DNA of 64,000 bases from Cellvibrionales bacterium. GTDB taxonomy: Bacteria; Pseudomonadota; Gammaproteobacteria; Pseudomonadales; UBA7239. Shown here piece after piece: positions 29,293 through 38,498 of the stretch. The position numbers were made by a program, and so were the translations under genes. The stretch spans positions 1,691,762-1,755,761 of the forward strand of contig JADJPU010000001.1 in NCBI GenBank assembly GCA_016713115.1, in the 5' to 3' direction. The notes beneath the pieces are model-generated. The model did not search any database. It worked only from the letters and a program-made list of their open reading frames with translations, and was not told the origin of the DNA. Each line of letters starts with the position of its first letter. Within the stretch, counting starts at the first letter, position 1.

Positions 29293-30237
29293 GTGAGCAA
29301 GCCACGCAAAGCGCGCGGTCGGCGTGTCGATGGCATTTTGCTATTGGATAAGCCGCTCGGCATGAGTTCCAACGCTGCGCTGCAAAAAGTGAAATGGCTC
29401 TTCTCGGCGGCTAAAGCGGGACATACCGGCAGCTTGGATCCTTTGGCAACAGGTGTGCTGCCGCTGTGTTTTGGTGAGGCAACCAAGTTTTCACAGCACT
29501 TACTGGATGCGGACAAAGCCTATCGCTGCACTATCCGTTTTGGCATCACCACCACCACAGCAGATGCGGAGGGTGAGGAGCTGAACAATCAGCCTGCGCC
29601 TGAGCTGACGCGCGCTGCGGTACAGGCAGTGTTGCCCGCGTTTATCGGTCAAATCGAGCAAGTGCCGCCGATGTTTTCTGCGCTAAAACACCAAGGTACG
29701 CCGCTGTATAAATTGGCGCGAGAGGGTGTGGAGATCGAGCGCGCGCCACGAGTGGTGACGATTTATAGCCTTGTGCTGCTGGATTTTAGGGCGGGCGACT
29801 ACCCGGAAGCAGATATTGAAGTGAGCGTCAGCAAAGGAACGTACATCCGCACTTTGGCGGAGGATATTGGCGCGAAATTGGGCTGTGGCGCGCATGTGGC
29901 TGCGCTGCGTCGTATCAAGGCGGGGCGGTTTGCAGAAGCAGCTTGCGTCACGCTGGACGAGTTAGTGGCGCTGCGCGGCGATGATGATGCAAACGCCGCA
30001 CTACTTGATCGCTATTTGCTTCCTGTCGCAGCAGCTTTGGAGCATATGCAAACGGTAACGCTGCCAGAGTCTTTGGGTTATTACTTGCGTCAAGGGCAGC
30101 CGGTATTGGATACAAGTGCGTTGCGCGCGGTCGCGGTGGGTGAAATCGTCCGGCTAATGCTGGATAATGGCGAGTTCCTTGGGGTGGCAGAAATTCTTGC
30201 CGACGGCAGAATTGCTCCCAGAAGGTTGCTGCAATAA
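29293..30237 (+). CDS. truB: tRNA pseudouridine(55) synthase
   Basis: VDGILLLDKPLGMSSN...KAGHTGSLDPLATGVLPLCFGEATK. GTG start. Confidence 0.95.
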   Translation: MSKPRKARGRRVDGILLLDKPLGMSSNAALQKVKWLFSAAKAGHTGSLDPLATGVLPLCFGEATKFSQHLLDADKAYRCTIRFGITTTTADAEGEELNNQPAPELTRAAVQAVLPAFIGQIEQVPPMFSALKHQGTPLYKLAREGVEIERAPRVVTIYSLVLLDFRAGDYPEADIEVSVSKGTYIRTLAEDIGAKLGCGAHVAALRRIKAGRFAEAACVTLDELVALRGDDDANAALLDRYLLPVAAALEHMQTVTLPESLGYYLRQGQPVLDTSALRAVAVGEIVRLMLDNGEFLGVAEILADGRIAPRRLLQ

Positions 30238-30312
30238 GGCAGCAGATCACCACAGCTGTAAATATGCACGGCTGTTTGTGAAATATTTATGCATATTTAA
30301 GAGGTTAGTTAC

Positions 30313-30582
30313 ATGGCACTGTCAGTTGAAGAAAAAATTGCAATCGTTAAAGAACACGGCCAAGGTGAAAAAGATACTGGATCACCAGAAGTTCAAGTTG
30401 CTTTGTTGACAGCGAATATTAACAAGCTGCAAGGACATTTTGGTGCGCATAAACAAGATCACCACTCGCGTCGCGGTTTGATTCGCATGGTTAATCAGCG
30501 TCGTAAATTGTTGGATTATTTGAAACGCAAAGATGTCAATCGCTACGCGCAGCTCATTGCTAAACTCGGCTTGCGTCGCTAA
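30313..30582 (+). CDS. rpsO: 30S ribosomal protein S15
   Basis: 89 aa. [51 protein letters not shown]. Confidence 0.97.
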   Translation: MALSVEEKIAIVKEHGQGEKDTGSPEVQVALLTANINKLQGHFGAHKQDHHSRRGLIRMVNQRRKLLDYLKRKDVNRYAQLIAKLGLRR

Positions 30583-30588
30583 GTGAAG

Positions 30589-30616
30589 ATGCCGCGCCAA
30601 AAGCGCGGCATTTTTG
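30589..30616 (+). terminator. rpsO terminator / pnp leader hairpin
   Basis: ATGCCGCGC-CAAAA-GCGCGGCAT followed by TTTT. It begins 7 nt after the rpsO stop and lies upstream of the pnp start. This matches the position of the E. coli rpsO terminator / RNase III-processed leader. Confidence 0.8.
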
Positions 30617-30642
30617 TCAGTAGAAGAGAGAAGGAAAATATC

Positions 30643-32780
30643 GTGAAAGCAATCATTAAAAAATTTCAATACGGCGACCAGACTGTCACTCTGGAAACGG
30701 GGCGCATTGCGCGTCAAGCATCGGGTGCAGTGTTGGCCTCCATGGGCAAAACCACGGTGTTGTGTACCGTTGTGGGTGCAAAAACAGCTAAAGCGGGACA
30801 AGATTTTTTTCCGCTGTCTGTGCACTACCAAGAAAAAGCCTACGCGGCTGGAAAAATTCCTGGCGGATTTTTTAAGCGCGAAGGTCGTCCGAGCGAAAAA
30901 GAAACGCTGACTTCGCGTTTGATCGATCGTCCTATCCGTCCGTTGTTTCCTAACGATTTCAACAACGAAGTGCAGGTTGTTTGCACAGTAGTTTCGGCAG
31001 AAAAAGATACCGATCCCGATATTATCGCCATGATCGGCACTTCTGCTGCGTTGGCTATTTCTGGTATTCCCTTCAATGGCCCTATCGGCGCGGCGCGTGT
31101 GGGCTATACCGATGCAGCGGGTTATATTCTCAATCCTGGCTACAAAAAACTGTCCGAATCTGAATTGGACATGGTGGTGGCCGGCACAAAAGATGCCGTA
31201 TTGATGGTGGAATCCGAAGCCAAAGAATTGCCAGAAGACATCATGTTGGGCGCGGTGTTGTTTGCTCACCGCGAACTGCAAGTCGTAATCGCTGCAATCA
31301 GCGCATTGGCAGCCGATGCTGGCAAACCGCGTTGGGATTGGCAGGCTCCTGCTGAAAATCGCGGCTTGCAAGATCGCGTTGTCGCAGCAGTTGGTCCGCA
31401 AATCGGTGAAGCGTATCGCATCACAGAAAAACAACAGCGCTATGCGCGTTTGGATGAATTGCGTCAACTGGCTATCGAAAAAGTAGCCGGTGATGAAGCC
31501 GGCTTTAATGAAAAAGATGTTGCCGATATGTTTGGCAAACTGGAGAAAAAAGTTGTTCGCAATCGCGTATTGAATGGTGAGCCGCGTATCGATGGCCGTG
31601 ATAATCGCACTGTGCGTGCATTGGCTATCGAAGTAGGTGTATTGCCTTCTGTGCACGGCTCGGCCTTGTTTACGCGCGGCGAAACGCAGGCAATTGTTGT
31701 CGCCACTTTGGGTTCTATGCGCGATGCGCAAGCCATTGATGCGCTGGAAGGCGAACGCAAAGATCCGTTCATGTTGCATTACAACTTCCCGCCGTATTCG
31801 GTGGGCGAGTGTGGTCGCATGGGTGGCACAGGTCGCCGCGAGATTGGTCACGGCCGTTTGGGGCGTCGCGGTGTAGCGGCGATGTTGCCGGCGCAAGAAG
31901 CGTTTCCTTACTCCATACGCGTAGTGTCTGAAATTACGGAATCCAATGGCTCTAGCTCTATGGCTTCTGTTTGTGGCAGCAGCTTGGCATTGATGGATGC
32001 TGGCGTGCCATTGAAAGCACCCGTAGCAGGCATTGCGATGGGCTTGGTGAAAGACGGCAATCGCTTTGCAGTGTTGACCGATATTTTGGGCGACGAAGAT
32101 CATCTCGGCGATATGGATTTCAAAGTGGCCGGTACAGCCAACGGCATTACTGCGCTGCAAATGGATATCAAAATTGAAGGCATCAACGAAGAAATTATGG
32201 ATCGCGCTTTAGAGCAAGCTCTCGCTGCGCGTCTGCAAATTCTTGCGGAGATGAACAAAGTTATCAGTACGCCGCGCACAGCGATTGCAGAGACTGCGCC
32301 ACGCTTTACGCAGATTAAAATTGATCCAGAAAAAATTCGCGACTTGATCGGTAAAGGTGGTGCAACTATCCGCGCTATTACCGAAGCCACTGGTTCGCAA
32401 ATTGACATCGAAGACACTGGCGTAGTGCGCGTTTACGCGGCGGATGCCACAGCGCAACAAGAAACCTTGCGCCGCATTGAGTCGATTACTGCTGAAGCAG
32501 AAATTGGAGCTATCTACACTGGTAAAGTAGTGCGCATCGTAGATTTTGGTGCGTTTGTTGAATTTATGCCGGGCAAAGATGGCTTGGTGCATATTTCACA
32601 ATTTGCCATGAGCGCATCGCGTCCGTGTCTGATCGTCTGCAAGAAGGCCAAGAAGTGCAAGTGAAGGTGCTGGATGTGGATAATCGCGGCCGCATTAAGC
32701 TGTCGATTAAAGAGGCGATGCCAGAAGAAGCGGTTGCCGCTGCTGATACTGCGCCAGCCGATGCGCCGACAGAAGGCTGA
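30643..32780 (+). CDS. pnp: polyribonucleotide nucleotidyltransferase (PNPase), C-terminal S1 domain displaced by an apparent 1-nt deletion near 32605-32610
   Basis: The GTG 30643 start (RBS agaagg) gives [30 protein letters not shown], as in E. coli PNPase. The track ORF ends at 32664 with the non-homologous ...[24 protein letters not shown]. The -1 frame reads [41 protein letters not shown]...TEG* and ends at 32780. Confidence 0.9.
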
Positions 32781-32798
32781 TTAAGATAAACAAAATGC

Positions 32799-32830
32799 AC
32801 AGAGGGGGTTGATCGCCCCCCTGTTTGGTT
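32799..32830 (+). terminator. rho-independent terminator after pnp
   Basis: CAGAGGGGG-TTGATCG-CCCCCCTG followed by TTTGGTT. Confidence 0.65.
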
Positions 32831-32869
32831 ATAGTACGCCCATAAGAAGTATTACAACGGAGAAACACT

Positions 32870-33496
32870 ATGAAAAAGACCACCGTCTTTACCTTGGCTG
32901 CCGTTTGTGGCGCTTTCGCGTTGGCTCTTCCAGATTGGAAAAAGCCGCTGAATGCTACCTACCCTAATGAACAGTACAAACTAATTAATGCAGAAATGAC
33001 GCAGACCTTGGCTGTGTCAGGCTGTAAAACGCTGAGCATCAAGAAGACCAAAACAGGTCCTTCGACATTCAACACAGTTGCTCTATTTGATAACGGTAGC
33101 TACGCGTTATATCGCTATGCTACAGGCGACTTCAGTGGTACACCGGATACTATCGTGACCGGTTCTTGGTCTAAGGTGCCTGGAAAGAGTAGTGACACAT
33201 TCTACTTGTCGATCAACTCAGCATCAATGATTGACTTGTTGGGTGACTTGGATGACGCCGGTTTGGCAAACTGTAAGACAAATCCAAAACTGGCTAGCAT
33301 GACGCAGTTGGACTTCTTGGCGCCTACAGCATTGGTAAAGAAAAATACGCTGGTGTTTAACATCAAGAAAGGGACAGCTACTGGTACTTTACAGATTACT
33401 GGTCAGCAGCATAACGATCAAAAAGGGTCTCTAAATGCAGTGGGTAAGTTCAGTGTTAAAGCGACACTGAAAGGCGGCACTTGGGTAGAGATTTAA
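32870..33496 (+). CDS. secreted protein of unknown function, paralog A (208 aa)
   Basis: RBS ggagaa, and signal-like MKKTTVFTLAAVCGAFALA. It shares colinear motifs with the next ORF. I recognise no family. Confidence 0.7.
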   Translation: MKKTTVFTLAAVCGAFALALPDWKKPLNATYPNEQYKLINAEMTQTLAVSGCKTLSIKKTKTGPSTFNTVALFDNGSYALYRYATGDFSGTPDTIVTGSWSKVPGKSSDTFYLSINSASMIDLLGDLDDAGLANCKTNPKLASMTQLDFLAPTALVKKNTLVFNIKKGTATGTLQITGQQHNDQKGSLNAVGKFSVKATLKGGTWVEI

Positions 33497-33555
33497 CCCT
33501 TCTAGATGTTATTGAGATTTTGTTATCCGATAACTTAAAAAAACAGAGGTATAAC

Positions 33556-34194
33556 ATGAAAAAGACTTCAATAATTACAGCTGCAGTAGCATCATTTTCA
33601 CTGATGTCTGCTTCCACAGCTTTTTCTGCAACGCAAATAGAAGTGACAGGTACAGTTAATCAGTCACTGGCAGTATCTGGCTGTAAAACATTATCAACAC
33701 CTATTCAGGCTTCCGTGGTGTTTGATGATGACGGCACTTACAGCATCACAGATACCAATGCCAGCACTACCGTGCTAAAAGGTACATGGTTCAAGCTGGC
33801 TGGGAAATCGCCAACCACTTACACCGTTTACATGACTCCGGATGTTTTCGCGCCGGCTCCTGATGACCCGGATGTGGTAGCGAGCCTGGATCCTACTATT
33901 CCCCCACCGGCAGGAACACTGGATGACTTCCTCGACAGCCTTCAAGCCGCTGTTGGTGGTATGACTTGTAAAATCAAGACTGGTGGCACACAGAGCGTTA
34001 CATTTGTCCAGCCGTCAACCTTGATCAAGAAAAATACTCTGGTCGTCAAAAATGGTGTAGGCACACTGAATATTTCAGTCAGCGGTTCACAACTGAATGA
34101 TTTTAGTGGTCCACCCAAGCCGGGTAAATTTGCAAAACCAGGTAAATTCTCTGCCACTTTGGCTGCTACAAAGGTTCCTGTTGTAGCTCCGTAA
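33556..34194 (+). CDS. secreted protein of unknown function, paralog B (212 aa)
   Basis: ATG 33556 is preceded by AGAGG. Signal-like MKKTSIITAAVASFSLMSASTAFSA. It shares QSLAVSGCKTLS, LIKKNTLV and GKFSATL with paralog A. The track start at 33481 is an upstream in-frame extension. Confidence 0.7.
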   Translation: MKKTSIITAAVASFSLMSASTAFSATQIEVTGTVNQSLAVSGCKTLSTPIQASVVFDDDGTYSITDTNASTTVLKGTWFKLAGKSPTTYTVYMTPDVFAPAPDDPDVVASLDPTIPPPAGTLDDFLDSLQAAVGGMTCKIKTGGTQSVTFVQPSTLIKKNTLVVKNGVGTLNISVSGSQLNDFSGPPKPGKFAKPGKFSATLAATKVPVVAP

Positions 34195-34226
34195 TGTACG
34201 GTTAGCTTGATTTGCTCCATTTAAAA

Positions 34227-34257
34227 GCCCGTATGGATGACATGCGGGCTTTTTTTA
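34227..34257 (+). terminator. rho-independent terminator after the paralog pair
   Basis: GCCCGTATG-GATGA-CATGCGGGC (9-bp stem including one G:U) followed by T7. Confidence 0.8.
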
Positions 34258-34307
34258 TGTTTTATTCAGGTAAGATTTCCTGAATAGTATTTTGTAGAGA
34301 ATTCGCT

Positions 34308-35402
34308 ATGCGCAGTCTGCCTCTCTCTTTGGTTCGACGACTTGTGCCCTTGCGTGGACTGAGTGAAGGTTCTTTGCAGTCGTTATTGGAACAGAGTGAA
34401 TGGCCGCTGATTGGGCAAGGGCTGTCGCTATTCTCCGCAGCGGATAATGCACGCTTTTATTTCTATTTGTTATCGGGCGAAGCGCAGGTTAGCTGTACTA
34501 CCGGCAGTATTGTGCATACAGCGGAGCAGATTTTCCCTATTGGTTATGGGTTGAATGACCTGCAATTTGCTACTGCGTTGACGGACTGTGTGTGCTTGCG
34601 TATTGAACGCAGCATGTTGGATAAACAGTTGTGCTGGGATCATGTGGCATCAGCTATTGAGTTGGATCTTTCCTATCGCCCAGAAAAAGATGATGAAGCC
34701 AGCTGGCGCTTGACGCTACTGCGTTCCAATTTATTTCTCAAAGTGCCCCCGTTAAATGTGAATCAAATATTTTCACAATTAAAGCCCATGCGTGTGAATG
34801 CTGGCGATGTCATTCTGCGTCAAGGTGATCATGGAGACGGTTGTTATTTTATTCGTCAAGGCAGAGCTGCAGTAACGCGGCGCTCTGAAGATGATGTGGA
34901 GCATCATTTGGCAGATATTGGTTACGGCCGCTGCTTTGGTGAAGATGCTCTGATCCATAACACTGTGCGCAACGCTACGGTAACCATGAAGAGTGATGGT
35001 TTGTTGATGCGTCTTGATAAGCCTGATTTTATGTTGCTATTGCGTGAGCCTGCAGTGAAGCATATCAAGTCAGCCGATTTGAGTGCTGAACTGGCTGCGG
35101 ATGCAATTTGCATCGATGTGCGCTTGTTAGAGGAATTTGATGTTGCGCGCCTACATCAATCTGAGAATATACCTTTGTCTTGCTTGCGCTTGTTGATGGA
35201 GACACAGTTGGATATTCATAAAAAATACATTGTGTATTGCGATACAGGTTTGCGTTCACGAGCGGCCGTGTCTTTGCTGCAAGAGCAAGGATTTTCTGCG
35301 CAGTACTTGTTGAATGGTATTGATGGATTTGATGCGCAGCAGCGTGCGGAACTGTTAGATGTGGTCCCACCGTTGCCTCTTGTTGCGTATGATGCAGCGT
35401 AA
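34308..35402 (+). CDS. cyclic-nucleotide-binding domain(s) fused to a C-terminal rhodanese domain
   Basis: The central CAP_ED-like domain has the phosphate-binding cassette GRCFGEDALIHNTVRNATVTM. The N-terminal region looks like a degenerate second cNMP fold. The C-terminus reads ICIDVRLLEEFDVARLHQSENIPL......YIVYCDTGLRSRAAVSLL (rhodanese active-site Cys loop). Confidence 0.75.
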   Translation: MRSLPLSLVRRLVPLRGLSEGSLQSLLEQSEWPLIGQGLSLFSAADNARFYFYLLSGEAQVSCTTGSIVHTAEQIFPIGYGLNDLQFATALTDCVCLRIERSMLDKQLCWDHVASAIELDLSYRPEKDDEASWRLTLLRSNLFLKVPPLNVNQIFSQLKPMRVNAGDVILRQGDHGDGCYFIRQGRAAVTRRSEDDVEHHLADIGYGRCFGEDALIHNTVRNATVTMKSDGLLMRLDKPDFMLLLREPAVKHIKSADLSAELAADAICIDVRLLEEFDVARLHQSENIPLSCLRLLMETQLDIHKKYIVYCDTGLRSRAAVSLLQEQGFSAQYLLNGIDGFDAQQRAELLDVVPPLPLVAYDAA

Positions 35403-35407
35403 AAAGA

Positions 35408-36319
35408 GTGGTGACGAAGGTGGATCATTTTAAGCGCGTTGGGTTGGTGAGTCGTAAAGGGAGTAGCCAAGTAATAGATACTCTGACTGCACTGGCAAAA
35501 TTTTTGTTGGCGCGTGGCGCTCGTTTGGTTATAGAGAGTGAAACGCGTTCGATGCTTTGTGCTGACATTCAATGTGAGCAAGTTTGTGATCGGGAGTCAC
35601 TGGGGCAGCATTGTGACTTGGTGATTGTCGTTGGTGGTGATGGCAGCATGCTTGGTGTGGCGCGCACTTTATGCCGACAATCTGTGCCGGTGTTGGGTAT
35701 TAATCGTGGCAGTCTTGGTTTTCTGACTGATATTGCCCCCGATGAAATTGAACAGCGTGTTGGCGAGGTGTTATCTGGGCATTTCACGCTTGAAGAGCGT
35801 TTTTTATTAGAAGCCTGTGTTGAGCGTGACAATGTTGTTATTGCGGAAGGTGATGCGCTGAATGAGGTTGTACTGCATCGCGGTGCATCGCTGCGCATGA
35901 TTGAATTTTCGTTGTATCTCGATGAGCATTTTGTCTATAGCCAACATTCTGACGGTTTGATTGTTTCAACGCCGACAGGTTCTACAGCGTATGCGCTGTC
36001 AGGCGGTGGACCTATTTTGCACCCAGCGTTGGATGCGATTTCTCTCGTGCCGATGTTTCCGCACACGCTAACCAGTCGTCCCATCGTTGTTGCAGGGAGT
36101 AGTCAGTTGCGTATTGTGTTGGCGGAGCCCGGTGCAAAAAACGAGCAGGATGGACAGCCAGAATTGTCTTGCGATGGCCAGATGCACATTTCATTGCGTG
36201 CCGGCGATGTTGTGCGTGTCCAAAAGAAGAAAGAAAAGCTGCAATTGGTGCACCCATTGACCCATGATTACTATGAAACTTGCCGTACTAAATTGGGGTG
36301 GGGCAGTCGCTTGGCGTGA
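35408..36319 (+). CDS. nadK: NAD kinase
   Basis: VVGGDGSMLGVAR, GINRGSLGFLTD, NEVVLH, DGLIVSTPTGSTAYALSGGGPILHP. Colinear with E. coli NadK. GTG start; the exact start is uncertain. Confidence 0.92.
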   Translation: MVTKVDHFKRVGLVSRKGSSQVIDTLTALAKFLLARGARLVIESETRSMLCADIQCEQVCDRESLGQHCDLVIVVGGDGSMLGVARTLCRQSVPVLGINRGSLGFLTDIAPDEIEQRVGEVLSGHFTLEERFLLEACVERDNVVIAEGDALNEVVLHRGASLRMIEFSLYLDEHFVYSQHSDGLIVSTPTGSTAYALSGGGPILHPALDAISLVPMFPHTLTSRPIVVAGSSQLRIVLAEPGAKNEQDGQPELSCDGQMHISLRAGDVVRVQKKKEKLQLVHPLTHDYYETCRTKLGWGSRLA

Positions 36320-36335
36320 TTGCAAAAATTAGCGA

Positions 36336-37061
36336 TTACCAGCCAAAGACTTCTTTTATGAAAGGGATTGTGACGCGGCGCTTTTCTTCTAAAGACAGCG
36401 TATCCAAACTTTGCAGGCATTCAAACAGCGTTAGCATGTCGCGCGCTGTCCGTTGAATAATGAAGTGCAGTACATCGTTAGACAGTTCAATGCCGCGCGC
36501 CAGTGCACGCATTTTGAACGCCTGCAACTTTTCTTCATCGCTGAGTGGCGTGAGATAAAAGGTGGTTCCCCAGCCCATGCGCGAAATTAAATCTTCCAGT
36601 GCTGTCATCAAATCGCGTGGTGCGCAGTCGGCAGAGACAAGCAATCTACAGCGTTCGTTATCTCGCAGGCGGTTATAAAAATGAAAGAGCGCGTGTGCCC
36701 ATCCCATTTGCCCAACGACATGTTGTAGCCCGTCTAAACAAATCAAATCCATTTGATCAAGATTTTCTAACAGCGCATCAGCGGCATAGCCGGCCAATTC
36801 TTCCAGCGGCAGATAGAGACATTGTTGTCCTTGCTGGCTGGCGGTATGGCAAGCCGCTTGTAACAAGTGGCTGGTGCCCGTGCCTTCGGCACCCCACAGA
36901 TAGATAAACCGTTCGTCGCTGTTGTTGTATGCCAGCGCTCGTGTGGCTTGTAGGGCTAGGCTGTGCGTGCTGTTTTCTGTCGCAAAAAAATTGTCGAAAG
37001 TTGCATCATCATTCAGCTGCACATTGAGCGAAAGTTGCTTGGGTGGGGGTGGTGTCGTCAT
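36336..37061 (-). CDS. hda: DnaA regulatory inactivator Hda
   Basis: QLSLNVQLNDDATFDNFF...IYLWGAEGTGTSHLLQA... The C-terminus resembles DnaA domain III. 241 aa. Confidence 0.88.
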   Translation of the reverse strand: MTTPPPPKQLSLNVQLNDDATFDNFFATENSTHSLALQATRALAYNNSDERFIYLWGAEGTGTSHLLQAACHTASQQGQQCLYLPLEELAGYAADALLENLDQMDLICLDGLQHVVGQMGWAHALFHFYNRLRDNERCRLLVSADCAPRDLMTALEDLISRMGWGTTFYLTPLSDEEKLQAFKMRALARGIELSNDVLHFIIQRTARDMLTLFECLQSLDTLSLEEKRRVTIPFIKEVFGW

Positions 37062-38434
37062 TTGCGCATCCTGCTGTTATTGCAGGCGAAGCGCAACCAG
37101 CAGTAACCGAAAAGTGCGGCGGCAACGGAGGCAAATAAAATGCCAGTTTTAGCCATGAGCAATAATTCTGGTGTAGAAGAAAAAGCGAGTTCGGCGACAA
37201 AAAATGACATGGTAAATCCAATACCGGCGAGTAAGCCGATGCCGTGTATGTGACGCATCTGCATGCCCTTGGGCATTGCAGCAATTCCAAGTTTTACGGC
37301 AAGCCAGCTAGTAACAGTAATGCCTATCCATTTGCCAAGAATCAAGCCACTTGTCACCCCCATCGTGACGGAATGTGTGAGAACTGTGGTGATGTCGCTC
37401 CAGTTGATGGGGATGGCCGCATTGGCCAAGGCAAACAGTGGCACCACAAAAAACGCCACGCTGAAATGCAATTGATGTTCGAGGCGTTGTGCCGGTGCTT
37501 GTGCAAACTCTAAGCCTTCTTCCAGTGCCGACATGTGTGCATGTAGCATTTCGTCATTATGAAGAGGCTGGTTGTTTTTTACCCCAGATTGCATTTGTTG
37601 CGAGAGCTTATTGACGGAATGTATGAAATAGGGCGCATTGTATTTTGGGCGTACAGGAATGGTGAATGCCAAGACAACGCCGGCGAGGGTGGCATGTATC
37701 CCGCTGTTGAACATGGCGCACCACAGCAGCATGCCCACGAGCAGGTAGGGTATGACGCGTCGTATGCCGCCTAAATTAAATGCCACCAGTATTGCCGTGA
37801 GTAAAGCGCTTATAAATAAGCCTCCAGCGTGCAGTTGCTCCGTATAAAAAAGGGCGATGACCAGAACGGCACCAATATCATCCACAATCGCTAGTGCAAT
37901 CAAAAAGGTGATAAGTGTGGGTGAAATGCGTTTTCCCAGCGCGCTCAGTGCGCCTATTGCAAAAGCAATATCCGTTGCCATGGGTATGCCCCAGCCTGCA
38001 GCAGTGGCTCCTGATGGGTTTAGAAGCCAGTAGGCGACAGCGGGCACAACCATGCCACCAATGGCTGCAATGGCAGGTAGAGCGGCGCGCTGCCGGTCTG
38101 TCAATTCGCCCAGCACCAATTCGCGTTTGAGTTCTAAGCCAACCAATAAAAAGAACAGGCTCATTAATACTTCATTGATCCAGTGCTGCAAGCTCATTTC
38201 AAAACGCGCAGAACCAACAGCAATAGATATCGGTGTATGCAGGAAGTGTAGGTAGGCTTCGCTTAGGCTGGAGTTGGCGAGTGCAAGTGCTATGGCAGTG
38301 CAGATTAACAATAGGAAACTGCTGGTTGATTGGTGTTGAATGAATTGCGCTAGCGGTGAGAGTACGCGCGAAAAGGTTTGTTCCCACGGTGCGGTGTGAA
38401 CTTGGCTGGTTTCTGGGAGGTGATCGGCAGACAT
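37058..38434 (-). CDS. nhaA: Na+/H+ antiporter NhaA
   Basis: WGIPMATDIAFAIGAL and FLIALAIVDDIGAVLVIALFYT are NhaA signatures. It is polytopic, and its stop overlaps the hda start by 4 nt. Confidence 0.9.
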   Translation of the reverse strand: MSADHLPETSQVHTAPWEQTFSRVLSPLAQFIQHQSTSSFLLLICTAIALALANSSLSEAYLHFLHTPISIAVGSARFEMSLQHWINEVLMSLFFLLVGLELKRELVLGELTDRQRAALPAIAAIGGMVVPAVAYWLLNPSGATAAGWGIPMATDIAFAIGALSALGKRISPTLITFLIALAIVDDIGAVLVIALFYTEQLHAGGLFISALLTAILVAFNLGGIRRVIPYLLVGMLLWCAMFNSGIHATLAGVVLAFTIPVRPKYNAPYFIHSVNKLSQQMQSGVKNNQPLHNDEMLHAHMSALEEGLEFAQAPAQRLEHQLHFSVAFFVVPLFALANAAIPINWSDITTVLTHSVTMGVTSGLILGKWIGITVTSWLAVKLGIAAMPKGMQMRHIHGIGLLAGIGFTMSFFVAELAFSSTPELLLMAKTGILFASVAAALFGYCWLRFACNNSRMRK

Positions 38435-38498
38435 GTCGGATGGCCGTGATAGGTTTGTGATAGTCTCAATAAGTGTTTTTTACGAAAATGGTGTTGCT

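Noticed and set aside
30382-32160. 592-aa minus-strand ORF, the longest unexplained ORF in the track
   Set aside because: It lies entirely antisense to pnp, whose + strand product is colinear with PNPase. Its translation is Arg/His/Cys/Phe-rich with no recognisable motif. It is a shadow ORF of a GC-biased gene.
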